Shown piece after piece: positions 20,676 to 30,683 of a DNA stretch of 64,000 nt (positions are counted from its first letter, which is position 1; each line of letters begins with the position of its first letter). The DNA comes from an uncultured cyanobacterium. Its GTDB lineage: Bacteria > Cyanobacteriota > Cyanobacteriia > PCC-6307 > Cyanobiaceae. The notes below the pieces were generated by a model that ran no database searches, was not told the DNA's origin, and was given only the letters and a program-made list of their open reading frames with translations. The position numbers were made by a program, and so were the translations under genes. The stretch spans positions 24,404-88,403 of the forward strand of contig CAIZQU010000152.1 in the NCBI GenBank assembly GCA_903935205.1, read 5' to 3'.

Positions 20676-21020
20676 TCAGGCGTTTTCCTCGTCCTTGGGA
20701 ATGTACTTGTCGATGGTGCTGGAGAGGGTGTTCTTAGGCACGGCACCGACAACGGTGTCAACCTTTTGCTTGTTCACGAAGATCATCAGGGTCGGAATGC
20801 TGCGAATGCCGTATTTGCTGGCAACAACCGGATTCTCGTCGGTATTGAGCTTGAACACCTTGAGCTTTCCGGCGTATTCCTTGGCGATTTCATCGACAAT
20901 CGGAGCGACCATGCGGCAGGGGCCGCACCAGGGAGCCCAGAAATCCACCAGGACAGGGACTTCGCTGTTGAGCACATCCTGCTCAAACGAGGCGTCGGTG
21001 ACGGCAACTGAACTCGACAT
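20676..21020 (-). CDS. trxA: Thioredoxin (m-type)
   Basis: [20 protein letters not shown]. Confidence 0.98.
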   Translation of the reverse strand: MSSSVAVTDASFEQDVLNSEVPVLVDFWAPWCGPCRMVAPIVDEIAKEYAGKLKVFKLNTDENPVVASKYGIRSIPTLMIFVNKQKVDTVVGAVPKNTLSSTIDKYIPKDEENA

Positions 21021-21290
21021 TCCAGGACTGGATCGGGTAATCGGGAATCTAGCAACAACAACCGCCGGGGTTTCAAAGCCGAAACCGAGCGTTGCAGGTC
21101 GGATTCACGGCGCTCCCTCGGCGTTGGCCCAGGCCGCCCGGCCGGGGACGGCTGCCGTTCCAGTGGCAGCGGAACCAGGCGGCTGAGGTCAGGCGGCAAG
21201 GAGGCTGGAAATCAGGGCACCCCTCCAGAGAAGCCCGAGCTGCCCATGGGCGGAGCGTCTCAGGCAGGGGGCCCAGATCAACAGGAAAGA

Positions 21291-21350
21291 CAAAAAGCCC
21301 GGGGTCGCCGGGCCAGTGGGTGTGAGGAGTGTGTGAGCCGAAGCCCCCAC
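21291..21350 (-). ncRNA. yfr1: Yfr1 small RNA
   Basis: Minus strand carries the diagnostic ACTCCTCACAC (21330-21320) between a 5' hairpin and a GCCCGG-CGACC-CCGGGC-TTTTT terminator, in the guaB-trxA intergenic position known for Yfr1. Confidence 0.95.
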
Positions 21351-21449
21351 GGCTTGAGGCTAGCGCCAGGTCAGCCCCGTTTTGAGTCCAGGCGAGGAAG
21401 ACGCCTCGACCGCGCAGCCCGACCAGGCCGAGGAGAGAGAACGCCGCCC

Positions 21450-22613
21450 TTACTTACCCATGCCAAGCTGCTGAGCCTTCTGATAAACCTTCCCCTCGGT
21501 GAGCAGCGAGGGCGCGACCACCACCTCCACCTGCTGCATCTCCCGCAGAGTGCGGGCGCCGAGGGTCCCCATTGAGGTGCGGATGCAACCCAACAGGTTC
21601 TGGGTGCCATCGTCGAGGCCTGCTGGACCGCGCAGGATCTTCTCCAGGCTTCCCGTGGTGCCCACCCGGATGCGGGTACCCCGGGGCAACACCGGACTGG
21701 GGGTGGCCATCCCCCAGTGGAACCCGCGGCCGGGGGCCTCAGCGGCCCGGGCGATCGGCGAGCCGATCATCACGGCATCGGCACCGCAGGCCAGGCATTT
21801 GCAGATGTCACCGCCGGTCACGATGCCACCATCGGCCACCACCGGCACATACCGACCGCTCTCTCGCTGATAGTCGTCACGGGCGGCGGCGCAATCGGCC
21901 ACGGCCGTCGCCTGGGGGATGCCAACGCCCAGCACACCCCGGGATGTGCAGGCCGCCCCGGGACCGATGCCCACCATCACGCCGCTGGCTCCGGCCCGCA
22001 TCAGCTGCAGGGCCACCTCATAGGTGACGCAGTTGCCGATCACCACCGGCACCCCCATCTCCCGACAGAGGGCGGTGAGATCGAGGCTGGCCTGTCCCTC
22101 GGGACCGATGTGCTCGGTGCTCACCACCGTGGCCTGCACAAAGAAGAGATCGGCTCCCGCCTCGGCGATCGCCCGTCCGAAACGCAGAGCCGCCACGGGT
22201 GTGGCGCTGACGGCGGCGATGCCGCCCCGCTCCTTGATCTGGCTGATCCTCAGCCGGATCAGATCCTCCCGCACCGGTTGGCTGTAAAGCTCCTGCATCA
22301 ACGGCACGAACTCTTCCTTCCCCACCGATGCGATCAGATCAAGCACCGGCTCGGGATCGTCGTAACGGCACTGGACACCCTCCAGATTCAGCACCCCGAG
22401 GGCGCCGAGCCTGGTGAGCTCCACGCACATGCCCACATCCACCACCCCATCCATGGCGCTGGCGATGATCGGGATCTCCCGTTCGATGCCCCCGAGGGTC
22501 CAACGGCTGTCCGTGACCGCAGGGTCGACGGTGCGGTTGCCGGGCACCAGGGCGATCTCATCGATGCCGTAGGCACGGCGAACGGTTCGGGATCGGCCCA
22601 GTTGGATGGTCAC
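21450..22613 (-). CDS. guaB3: IMP dehydrogenase-related protein, GuaB3 family
   Basis: [43 protein letters not shown]. Confidence 0.95.
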   Translation of the reverse strand: MTIQLGRSRTVRRAYGIDEIALVPGNRTVDPAVTDSRWTLGGIEREIPIIASAMDGVVDVGMCVELTRLGALGVLNLEGVQCRYDDPEPVLDLIASVGKEEFVPLMQELYSQPVREDLIRLRISQIKERGGIAAVSATPVAALRFGRAIAEAGADLFFVQATVVSTEHIGPEGQASLDLTALCREMGVPVVIGNCVTYEVALQLMRAGASGVMVGIGPGAACTSRGVLGVGIPQATAVADCAAARDDYQRESGRYVPVVADGGIVTGGDICKCLACGADAVMIGSPIARAAEAPGRGFHWGMATPSPVLPRGTRIRVGTTGSLEKILRGPAGLDDGTQNLLGCIRTSMGTLGARTLREMQQVEVVVAPSLLTEGKVYQKAQQLGMGK

Positions 22614-22701
22614 CTTCGGCGCAGACGCAGTGGCCACAAAATATCAACCGGCCCGCTTGCCCCCCCCCCCGGACCGGGCCGGGAGGATCAGCCGGGCACA
22701 C

Positions 22702-23373
22702 TCAGTCGCCGCCGCGGAAGTCGTTCCAGCGCTGGGACCAGATGCTCAGGATCCGCTCCCGTTCCGAGCTGCGCACCAGACGGGTCAGGGCGAAGCGGGT
22801 GAGGCTGACCAGGCCCACCAACTGCAGCAGCCGCGGCAGCAGGGGCAGATCGCCCAGGGTCTCGAGCAGGGCTGAATAGAGCCGCAGCAGCACCACGGCC
22901 GCCAACAGCAGGCCAAGCATCCGCAGAGGCCCTCCCAGGGCATTCCAGCGCTCCTGCAGACCGGCACCTTCCAGCCAGGCCCGCAGTTTGCCCATCAGCA
23001 GCTCCCATTCGCCGCCATCAGCGGTGGCCTCGCCGGGCAGGGGAGGCACCGCGATCGTGGCGGCCACGCCAGCGGAGGGCGGAGCCGCCACAGGATCGAT
23101 CGCGATCGGTGGTTCGGCGGGCGGAATGGCCGAGCCAACAGTCTCCACAGGAGGTGCAGCGATCGACTCGGGGGTCAGGGCATCGACCGCCCGGTCGAGG
23201 GCAGCCGGCGAGCTGGCCGGTTCAGGCGCCTCGGCCACCCAGTCCAGGGCATCGGGCTCGGGCTCGGGCGCCGGCTTCGGCGTGGGGGGGGAAGGGAGCG
23301 GACCGGCCTCCTCCACGGGATCGGGCAGCGGTTGATCCGCGGCGTTCTCGGGGGACAGAGGGGTCTCGGCCAT
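22702..23373 (-). CDS. CAAD/CURT1-domain thylakoid curvature protein with Pro/Ala-rich N-terminus
   Basis: LYSALLETLGDLPLLPRLLQLVGLVSLTRFALTRL...ER pattern with two TM segments. Confidence 0.8.
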   Translation of the reverse strand: MAETPLSPENAADQPLPDPVEEAGPLPSPPTPKPAPEPEPDALDWVAEAPEPASSPAALDRAVDALTPESIAAPPVETVGSAIPPAEPPIAIDPVAAPPSAGVAATIAVPPLPGEATADGGEWELLMGKLRAWLEGAGLQERWNALGGPLRMLGLLLAAVVLLRLYSALLETLGDLPLLPRLLQLVGLVSLTRFALTRLVRSSERERILSIWSQRWNDFRGGD

Positions 23374-23445
23374 GGAGCGCTGGAGGGCTGGGCGGAGCTT
23401 ACGGCCGTTTCCAGGCGATGCCGCAGGGCCCCGCCTGGGGGTTGC

Positions 23446-24627
23446 TCAGGCCTCCAGGGGAATCAGGGCGGGCCGGGAGGAAAGGGGCAGGGCGGGAGGG
23501 TGGAGCGGAAAGCTGCCGTTGAGCAGTCGCTCGATCAACCCCCGGGCCCCTTCGACGGCGAGGCGGGGGCTATGGCTGGGGGCGGCGGCGATGCGACGGC
23601 CATCCACCTCGATGGTGCCGGCCTTGAGAGCCGCATAGGACACCCCGCCGAAGCTGGGCTTGATCCGCCGTGGTATTGAGACATCAAGCACCGGCGCCTC
23701 CAGGGCGCTGTCGGGGGTGGAGGCCTGGGCAGCGATCCTGCCGTCGAGCAGCGGGATGGGAGCCGCCACCACCACCAGCAGAGCTCCGCCATGCCCCTCG
23801 AAATGGGCGGCGCGCAACCAGCGGGGATCAAGGTCGTGAAGATCGACGCTCAGGGCCGCCACGGCGCCGGGGGTGCGGGCATGACCACTGGGCAGGCGCT
23901 TCGGTCGAGGCTGGTGGGCACTGCCGCTGCCCATCACCCAGCCGATGGCCCCACCGACCAGCACGGGCGAGCCGGGACCTAGCAGGGAGAGGCCTGGCAT
24001 GGCCAGACCGATGCTGTCGGCACCGCCGCAGGTGTAAAGCGCCTGGGCGAAGGGGCCGAGCAGCGGGCCCCAGGCGGTGCGCAGCACCCCTTCGGCACTG
24101 CTCAGGGCCACCAGACCGTTTTCAACGATGCCGCGATGGAGCAGCAGGCGACCGCCACCGATGCGGCGCAGATCGAGGCGGGTGTTCAGCTCCCGGCGCG
24201 GTTGCAGCGGAGTTCCCTCACCACCGCTGATCAGCTCCACGCTGCGGCCGGTCAGCAGGCTCGCCAGCACCTGGGCCCCGCCGCGGCCGGACTCGCTGAT
24301 CCCACCGATCGGCATCACCAGATCGCCGGTCGAGCCTGCGGCCAGCACGGCGACGCCATCGAGCTGGGGATCCCGCATCCGGATCGGCGGATCGGTGGGG
24401 CCCAGGTGCAGCACCAGGCTGGCCTGATCGGTGAAACCCGCATCGGCCGCCACCACCACATCCGTGCACCCATAGGCCTCCGCCAGGCCGCTCTCGGCCA
24501 CCAGCCGGCGGAAATCAGCGGCGAGCCGCACCCGCAGATCGCCGCGGCGCTGGCGCTCCCGCAGGGTTTCGACGCTGCGTGGGCGTAGGCCGTCGGGGCC
24601 GTTGGGGGAGCTGCTGGCGGTGGCCAT
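23446..24627 (-). CDS. Divergent DUF39 (homocysteine biosynthesis enzyme) family protein
   Basis: LGPTDPPIR, LDGV, GGAQV, DPRWLR, SIPRRIKPSFGGVSYAALKAG resemble cyanobacterial DUF39 members. Confidence 0.75.
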   Translation of the reverse strand: MATASSSPNGPDGLRPRSVETLRERQRRGDLRVRLAADFRRLVAESGLAEAYGCTDVVVAADAGFTDQASLVLHLGPTDPPIRMRDPQLDGVAVLAAGSTGDLVMPIGGISESGRGGAQVLASLLTGRSVELISGGEGTPLQPRRELNTRLDLRRIGGGRLLLHRGIVENGLVALSSAEGVLRTAWGPLLGPFAQALYTCGGADSIGLAMPGLSLLGPGSPVLVGGAIGWVMGSGSAHQPRPKRLPSGHARTPGAVAALSVDLHDLDPRWLRAAHFEGHGGALLVVVAAPIPLLDGRIAAQASTPDSALEAPVLDVSIPRRIKPSFGGVSYAALKAGTIEVDGRRIAAAPSHSPRLAVEGARGLIERLLNGSFPLHPPALPLSSRPALIPLEA

Positions 24628-24772
24628 GGCCGGGACGATCCCACCGAGGGGCTGGAAGGCCTCCAGGGTGGCCCGGCCGCAGCAGGGACAGCCAGCCCGA
24701 TGGCAGGGTGTTGCGGCCCATGGAAAGAGCCACGTCGCTTCGATAGAGTGGGTGCAGTCCCTGGCGGCGTGA

Positions 24773-27487
24773 ATGGCGGATCCCTCCGGACCGGGCGAGA
24801 ACAGTCCCGGCGATTCCGACGGACGGATCATCCAGACCGACCTCCGCAACGAGATGTCGCGCTCCTATCTGGAGTACGCGATGAGTGTGATCGTGGGCCG
24901 GGCCCTGCCCGATGCCCGCGACGGCCTCAAGCCGGTGCATCGACGCATCCTGTACGCGATGTACGAGCTGGGCCTGACCAGCGACCGTCCCTACCGCAAG
25001 TGCGCCCGCGTCGTCGGTGAAGTGCTGGGCAAATACCACCCCCACGGCGATACGGCGGTCTATGACGCCCTGGTGCGCATGGCCCAGGATTTCTCGATGC
25101 GCATGCCCTTGATTGATGGGCATGGCAACTTCGGTTCGGTCGACAACGACCCGCCGGCGGCGATGCGATACACCGAATCCCGCCTGCAATCGCTCACCAC
25201 CGACGCCCTGCTGGAGGACATCGAAAGCGAAACGGTCGATTTCATCGACAACTTCGACGGCTCCCAACAGGAGCCCACGGTGATGCCGGCGCGGATCCCC
25301 CAGCTGCTGCTGAACGGCTCCACCGGCATCGCCGTGGGGATGGCCACCAATATCCCCCCCCACAACCTCACCGAACTGATCGACGGGTTGCTGGCGCTGA
25401 TCGCCGATCCAGAGCTCGACGACAGGACCCTGATGGCCCTGATCCCCGGTCCTGACTTTCCCACCGGCGGCCAGATCCTCGGGCGCCGCGGCATTCGCGA
25501 GACCTACAGCACGGGGCGGGGCTCGGTCACGATGCGAGGTGTGGCAGCGATCGAAACGATCGAGGCCAAGGGAAGACCAGACCGCGATGCCGTCATCATC
25601 ACCGAGCTGCCCTATCAGACCAACAAGGCAGCCCTGATCGAACGAATCGCCGAACTGGTCAACGACAAGAAGCTGGAGGGCATCGCCGACATTCGCGACG
25701 AAAGCGACCGCGATGGCATGCGGATCGTGATCGAGTTGCGCCGGGATGCCTATCCCCAGGTGGTACTCAATAACCTGTTCAAACTCACCCCGCTGCAAAG
25801 CAACTTCAACGCTTACATGCTGGCGCTGGTCAAGGGAGAGCCGGTGCTGCTCACCCTGCGACGCCTGCTGGAGGTCTTCCGAGACTTCCGAATCGAGACG
25901 ATCGAGCGGCGCACGCGTTACCTGCTTCGCAAAGCCGAGGAACGCGATCACATCCTGCTCGGATTGCTGATCGCCCTCGACAATCTCGATGCCATCATCG
26001 CCCTGATCCGCGCCGCCGCCGACACCGCCACAGCTCGCCAGGGGCTGATCGACCAGTTCGGCCTCAGCGAGACCCAGGCCGACGCCATCCTGCAGATGCA
26101 GCTGCGTCGCCTCACCGCCCTGGAGGCAGACAAGATCCGCCTCGAGCACGAGGATCTGGTGGCGAAGATCACCGACTACCAGGACATCCTCTCCCGGCGG
26201 GAACGGGTCCTCGGCCTGATCAGCGAAGAGCTGCAGGCGATCCGGGCTCGCTACAACTCACCCCGCCGTACCGAGATCCTCGATCTCGAGGGCGGCCTTG
26301 ACGATATCGACCTGATCGCCAATGAGCGCTCGGTGGTGCTGCTCACGGAAAATGGCTACCTCAAGCGGATGCCGGTCAGCGAGTTTGAGGCGACGAGTCG
26401 CGGCACCCGCGGCAAGGCTGGCACCCGCAGCCAGGGTGAAGAAGCCGTCAAGCTGTTCATCAGCTGCAACGACCACGACGCTCTGCTGCTGTTCAGCGAC
26501 AGGGGAGTGGTCTATTCCCTGCCCGCCTATCGCGTCCCCCTCTGCAGCCGAACCGCCAAGGGCACGCCAATCGTGCAGCTGCTTCCCATCCCGCGAGAGG
26601 AAGCGATCACCTCCCTCCTTTCCGTGGCCGCCTTCGACGACGCCATGCAGCTGGTGATGCTCACCAGTGGCGGATTCATCAAGCGCACCCTGTTATCAGC
26701 CTTCGCCAACATCCGCTCCAACGGACTGATCGCCATCTCCCTGGAGGAGGGCGACGACCTGCGCTGGGTCCGGCTGGCCCTGACCGGCGACAGCGTGCTG
26801 ATCGGCTCCCGGCGGGGCATGACGATCCACTTCCGGCTCAGCGACGAGGAACTCCGTCCCCTGGGCCGGACGGCCCGCGGCGTGCGGGCCATGAATCTGC
26901 GCGATGGGGACCGGCTGGTGAGCATGGATGTGCTGCCCGCCGAACTCGCCGATCAGGTGGCCAGCAGCGCCGAGAGCGAGGGCGCCGACGACGAGGACAG
27001 CGAGGAGGTGGCACCGAGCGAGGGACCCTGGGTGCTGGTGGCGAGCGCCAGCGGCCTGGGCAAGCGGGTGCCGGTGGATCAGTTCCGGCTGCAGAAGCGG
27101 GCCGGCATGGGCCTGCGCTGCATGAAGTTCCGCCGCGACGGCGATGCCCTCGTGGGCCTGAAGGTGCTCGGCGCCGGCGAGGAGCTGCTGCTGGTCAGCG
27201 AACGCGGCGTGATCGTGCGGATGCAGTCCAACGCCGTACCGCAGCAATCGCGGGCCGCCACCGGCGTGCGCCTGCAGCGGCTCGACGCCGGCGACCACCT
27301 CGCTGAGGTGGTGCTGGTGCCACCGGCCGCGGCGGAGCCCGAAAGCGACGCAGATGGGGCAGATGCGGAGGGCTCGCTCCGGCCCGATGTCCCGGCGACA
27401 TCCTCAGCCGCCGGCGAACTCCCTGCGCCATCATCCTCAGCCACGACGATGGAGCAAGGATCGGCAGAGCCGGATGATGAGGGCTGA
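24773..27487 (+). CDS. gyrA: DNA gyrase subunit A
   Basis: [30 protein letters not shown], GyrA-box-like SRGTRGK, beta-pinwheel repeats. Confidence 0.98.
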   Translation: MADPSGPGENSPGDSDGRIIQTDLRNEMSRSYLEYAMSVIVGRALPDARDGLKPVHRRILYAMYELGLTSDRPYRKCARVVGEVLGKYHPHGDTAVYDALVRMAQDFSMRMPLIDGHGNFGSVDNDPPAAMRYTESRLQSLTTDALLEDIESETVDFIDNFDGSQQEPTVMPARIPQLLLNGSTGIAVGMATNIPPHNLTELIDGLLALIADPELDDRTLMALIPGPDFPTGGQILGRRGIRETYSTGRGSVTMRGVAAIETIEAKGRPDRDAVIITELPYQTNKAALIERIAELVNDKKLEGIADIRDESDRDGMRIVIELRRDAYPQVVLNNLFKLTPLQSNFNAYMLALVKGEPVLLTLRRLLEVFRDFRIETIERRTRYLLRKAEERDHILLGLLIALDNLDAIIALIRAAADTATARQGLIDQFGLSETQADAILQMQLRRLTALEADKIRLEHEDLVAKITDYQDILSRRERVLGLISEELQAIRARYNSPRRTEILDLEGGLDDIDLIANERSVVLLTENGYLKRMPVSEFEATSRGTRGKAGTRSQGEEAVKLFISCNDHDALLLFSDRGVVYSLPAYRVPLCSRTAKGTPIVQLLPIPREEAITSLLSVAAFDDAMQLVMLTSGGFIKRTLLSAFANIRSNGLIAISLEEGDDLRWVRLALTGDSVLIGSRRGMTIHFRLSDEELRPLGRTARGVRAMNLRDGDRLVSMDVLPAELADQVASSAESEGADDEDSEEVAPSEGPWVLVASASGLGKRVPVDQFRLQKRAGMGLRCMKFRRDGDALVGLKVLGAGEELLLVSERGVIVRMQSNAVPQQSRAATGVRLQRLDAGDHLAEVVLVPPAAAEPESDADGADAEGSLRPDVPATSSAAGELPAPSSSATTMEQGSAEPDDEG

Positions 27488-27682
27488 TCCGCCCACGGAC
27501 CTTGAGACCACGGGGCTATCGATGAATGCTGGCTCCGCTGACCTGGAACCATGAGATCGCGGCTGGCGAGAGATCCGTCGTCCTGATCCCGCCGGTTGGT
27601 GCCCCCCAGGCAAAGAGCTGGGCTCAGACGTCGCCTGGCCGCAGCGGAGGCGACGACGATTCAGGATACGGGTGTCGGGGAG

Positions 27683-29020
27683 GTGGCATTGCACGACGTT
27701 CTGGTGATCGGCGCCGGCCCGGCCGCCCTGGCCATCGCCGCAGAACTCGGGGAGCGGGGACTGGAGGTCGCTGGCCTGGCCCCCGGCGATCCGGCGGCGG
27801 CCTGGGTCAACACCTACGGGATCTGGGCGGAGGAGGTGGACCTGATCGGCCTTGGCCACCTGCTGGCCCACCGCTGGGAGAACTGCGTGAGCTACTTCGG
27901 TCCAGGCCGCGGCAAGGCTGCGGACAGCCGCGATGGCTCCAACCGCGGGCCTGATTCCCGCCTCCCCAGCGAGGGTTCGGCTGACGCTGGCTCCGACGAA
28001 GATCCCGATGGCAGGATTGAGCACAAGCGTGCTTATGGCCTGTTTGACAAGGCCGCCCTGCAGCAGCACTGGCTCGATCGCTGTGGCCGCGCCGGGGTGC
28101 GCTGGAACCGGGGTCGGGCCATCAGCCTCCAGCATGAAGGCAAGGAGACCCGGATCGCGACGGCAGCATGCGAAACCCTGGCGGCCCGCCTGGTGGTGGA
28201 TGCCAGCGGCCATGAACCGGTGTTCGTGAGGCGCGGCAGCGATGGTCCGGTGGCGGGCCAGGCCGCCTACGGCATCGTCGGCCGGTTCAGCGCGCCGCCG
28301 ATCGGGCCCGGACAGTTCGTGTTCATGGATTACCGGTCCGACCACCTCAGCCCTGAGCAACGGCGCCAGCCGCCCACTTTCCTCTACGCCATGGACCTGG
28401 GTGATGGGGTCTTCTTCGTCGAGGAGACCTCCCTGGCCCTGGCCCCGGCGGTGCCCTACGCCACCCTGCAGCAACGCCTGCAGCTGCGCCTGGCCCACCG
28501 GGGCGTGACGGTGACCGAGGTTCTCCATGAGGAGTTCTGTCTGTTTCCCATGAACCCGCTTCTCCCCGATCGTCGCCAACCCGTGGTGGGTTTCGGTGGT
28601 GCCGGCGGGCTGGTGCATCCCGCCTCCGGGTACATGGTGGGGGGGCTGCTGCGGCGTGCGCCCGACCTGGCCAGCGCCATCGCCACGGCACTGGCGGCGG
28701 GCCGCAACGGCGCCGAACTGGCCGAAGCCGCCTGGAATGGGCTCTGGCCGGCGGAACTGCGCTGGAAGCATGGCTTCTACCGGTTCGGACTGGAAAAGCT
28801 GATGCGTTTCGATGAAACCCAGCTGCGCCATCACTTCCATACCTTCTTTCAGCTGCCCGATCGCCAGTGGTATGGCTTTCTCACCAACACCCTCAGCCCC
28901 GCCGAGGTGCTGGCCGCCATGGTGCGGCTCTATGGCCATGCCCCCTGGGACGTACGTTGGGGGCTGATGGGGCTGCAGGGACGGGAGGCGGCATTGCTGG
29001 GCCGCTGGCTGTTGGGCTGA
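27683..29020 (+). CDS. crtL: Lycopene cyclase, CrtL type
   Basis: DVLVIGAGPAA, NTYGIW, FMDYR, PTFLYAM, FFVEETSL, VHPASGY. Confidence 0.95.
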   Translation: MALHDVLVIGAGPAALAIAAELGERGLEVAGLAPGDPAAAWVNTYGIWAEEVDLIGLGHLLAHRWENCVSYFGPGRGKAADSRDGSNRGPDSRLPSEGSADAGSDEDPDGRIEHKRAYGLFDKAALQQHWLDRCGRAGVRWNRGRAISLQHEGKETRIATAACETLAARLVVDASGHEPVFVRRGSDGPVAGQAAYGIVGRFSAPPIGPGQFVFMDYRSDHLSPEQRRQPPTFLYAMDLGDGVFFVEETSLALAPAVPYATLQQRLQLRLAHRGVTVTEVLHEEFCLFPMNPLLPDRRQPVVGFGGAGGLVHPASGYMVGGLLRRAPDLASAIATALAAGRNGAELAEAAWNGLWPAELRWKHGFYRFGLEKLMRFDETQLRHHFHTFFQLPDRQWYGFLTNTLSPAEVLAAMVRLYGHAPWDVRWGLMGLQGREAALLGRWLLG

Positions 29021-29055
29021 AAAACCACCGCCGACCATGACCGCCATCCGCCACG

Positions 29056-29703
29056 ATGCGATGGGCATCAGCGCGTTACCCCATGGCGGCACCATCCCCC
29101 ACCCCTGAGGACTGCCGTAGCGAACTGCTGCGCCGCCTGAGGGAGCGGGGGCGAGCGACGGCGGCGAGCGAGGCCCCGCGCGTCCAGGAGCTGGTGGAAC
29201 GGCTGGAGCGGATCAGACCCGCCAACCTTCTCGCCGACAGTGCGCTCCTGCGGGGCGTGTGGGACCTGCGCTGGAGCAACGGCCGTCAGCCCTATCTGCT
29301 GGCGGCCCCGTGGGTGGAGAATCTGCAGGTGCTGGATCCCGAGCGGGGCAGGGCGATGAACCTGCTGCGGCTCGCCGGGCCCCTCGGCCCGGCCGGGGGG
29401 ATCGCCGTCCAGGCACGGATCGCTGTGGAGGGGCCGCAACGGGTGAGCGTGCGCTTCGTTCGGGGCGGCTGGCTTGGACCGCGGCTGGGGCAGCAGCGGC
29501 TGGAGCTGCTGCGGGAGGTGCGCCAAAGCTTCCCCGCCTGGCTGGACATCACGGTCCTTGACGACGAGCTGCGCGTCTGCCGCGGCAATGCCGGCACCCT
29601 GTTTGCCCTGGTGCGCCGCCCGGATCTGCATCTTGAGGAGATGTTTGCGGACGCGCCGAGCAGCGCTGCGGTGGGTGCGCCTGCTGCGAGCGAACTGGGC
29701 TGA
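29056..29703 (+). CDS. PAP/fibrillin family protein
   Basis: LRGVWDLRWS, ENLQVLD, WLDITVLDDELRVCRGNAG. Confidence 0.88.
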   Translation: MRWASARYPMAAPSPTPEDCRSELLRRLRERGRATAASEAPRVQELVERLERIRPANLLADSALLRGVWDLRWSNGRQPYLLAAPWVENLQVLDPERGRAMNLLRLAGPLGPAGGIAVQARIAVEGPQRVSVRFVRGGWLGPRLGQQRLELLREVRQSFPAWLDITVLDDELRVCRGNAGTLFALVRRPDLHLEEMFADAPSSAAVGAPAASELG

Positions 29704-29841
29704 TCGCCCATTGCGCTCAGAGCGCAAAACCACCAAAAGGGCGATGCCAAGCCGACAGCGGCTGTCTAGCCTTGGTAGACCCTGCAGCGTCAACGCATGG
29801 ATGCAGCAGCCGATTCGGCCACAACCGCAGCAGGAGCGCCG

Positions 29842-30615
29842 ATGAAGTGGCGACTATTCCTCAAGGTGCTGCCCCTCACCGCCCTGTTCGCCCTGGCCAA
29901 GCTGGCGGTTCACGCCAGTGGCCTGGAACCATGGGAATTCAACTCGCTGACGGGTTCCTTGTTCGGAGCGGCAACCTTCGTGATCGCCTTCGTGCTCAGT
30001 GGCACCCTATCGGACTACAACGCCTGCGAAGAACTGATGCTGCAGCTGATCAATGCGGTGGAAGCGATTGAAGACATCAACCGCTACCTCGGCCGCATTC
30101 AGCCGCACCCCAATCAGGCAAATCTGAGCCAGACCCTGGCCGATCTTGTGGAGAAGGTTAGGCACTGGCTGTTGAACACCGATAGCTTCGATCAGGTTCA
30201 GCGGCAGCTGGATCAGCTCAACATAAGCCTCGCCGATCGCCGTCGAGAGAGCGATGATTCAGTGTGTGAACGTGCCCTGCCAGAACTGGCCAAGATTCGC
30301 CTGACATTAACGAAAATGGCAGGCAATCGAAACAGTGATTTCCTGGGTCCAGCCTATGCGATGCTGGAAGTCTTTCTTGCTGGTTCAGTGATGGCACTGC
30401 TGCTGATCGGGTCGGAGCGATTCACGGAAAATGTAGTTGTTTCTTGCTTCCTATTCACATCGTTCACCTATCTGCTGCTGCTGATTCGAGATCTTGATAA
30501 CCCCTTCCAGTACGACGGCAGCTCGGCGGTCGATGTCGATCTCAGCGGCCTCTGCGCTTGCCGCGATCGGCTGCTGACAGCAACAGCAGACAGCGACCGA
30601 GCCCTCAAGAGCTGA
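29842..30615 (+). CDS. Four-TM membrane protein, bestrophin-like
   Basis: FVIAFVLSGTLSDY and LLLIRDLDNPF motifs; two TM pairs separated by a helical domain. Confidence 0.65.
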   Translation: MKWRLFLKVLPLTALFALAKLAVHASGLEPWEFNSLTGSLFGAATFVIAFVLSGTLSDYNACEELMLQLINAVEAIEDINRYLGRIQPHPNQANLSQTLADLVEKVRHWLLNTDSFDQVQRQLDQLNISLADRRRESDDSVCERALPELAKIRLTLTKMAGNRNSDFLGPAYAMLEVFLAGSVMALLLIGSERFTENVVVSCFLFTSFTYLLLLIRDLDNPFQYDGSSAVDVDLSGLCACRDRLLTATADSDRALKS

Positions 30616-30683
30616 GTTTTGCGGGCCAGGCGCTCCCCTGATTGTGCCTCATTCCTTTTTAGCCGACCCGTGCTGCTGAAGCC

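Noticed and set aside
22165-22172. HIP1 octamer GCGATCGC
   Set aside because: Only scattered copies seen by eye; a routine cyanobacterial feature, and enrichment cannot be shown without counting
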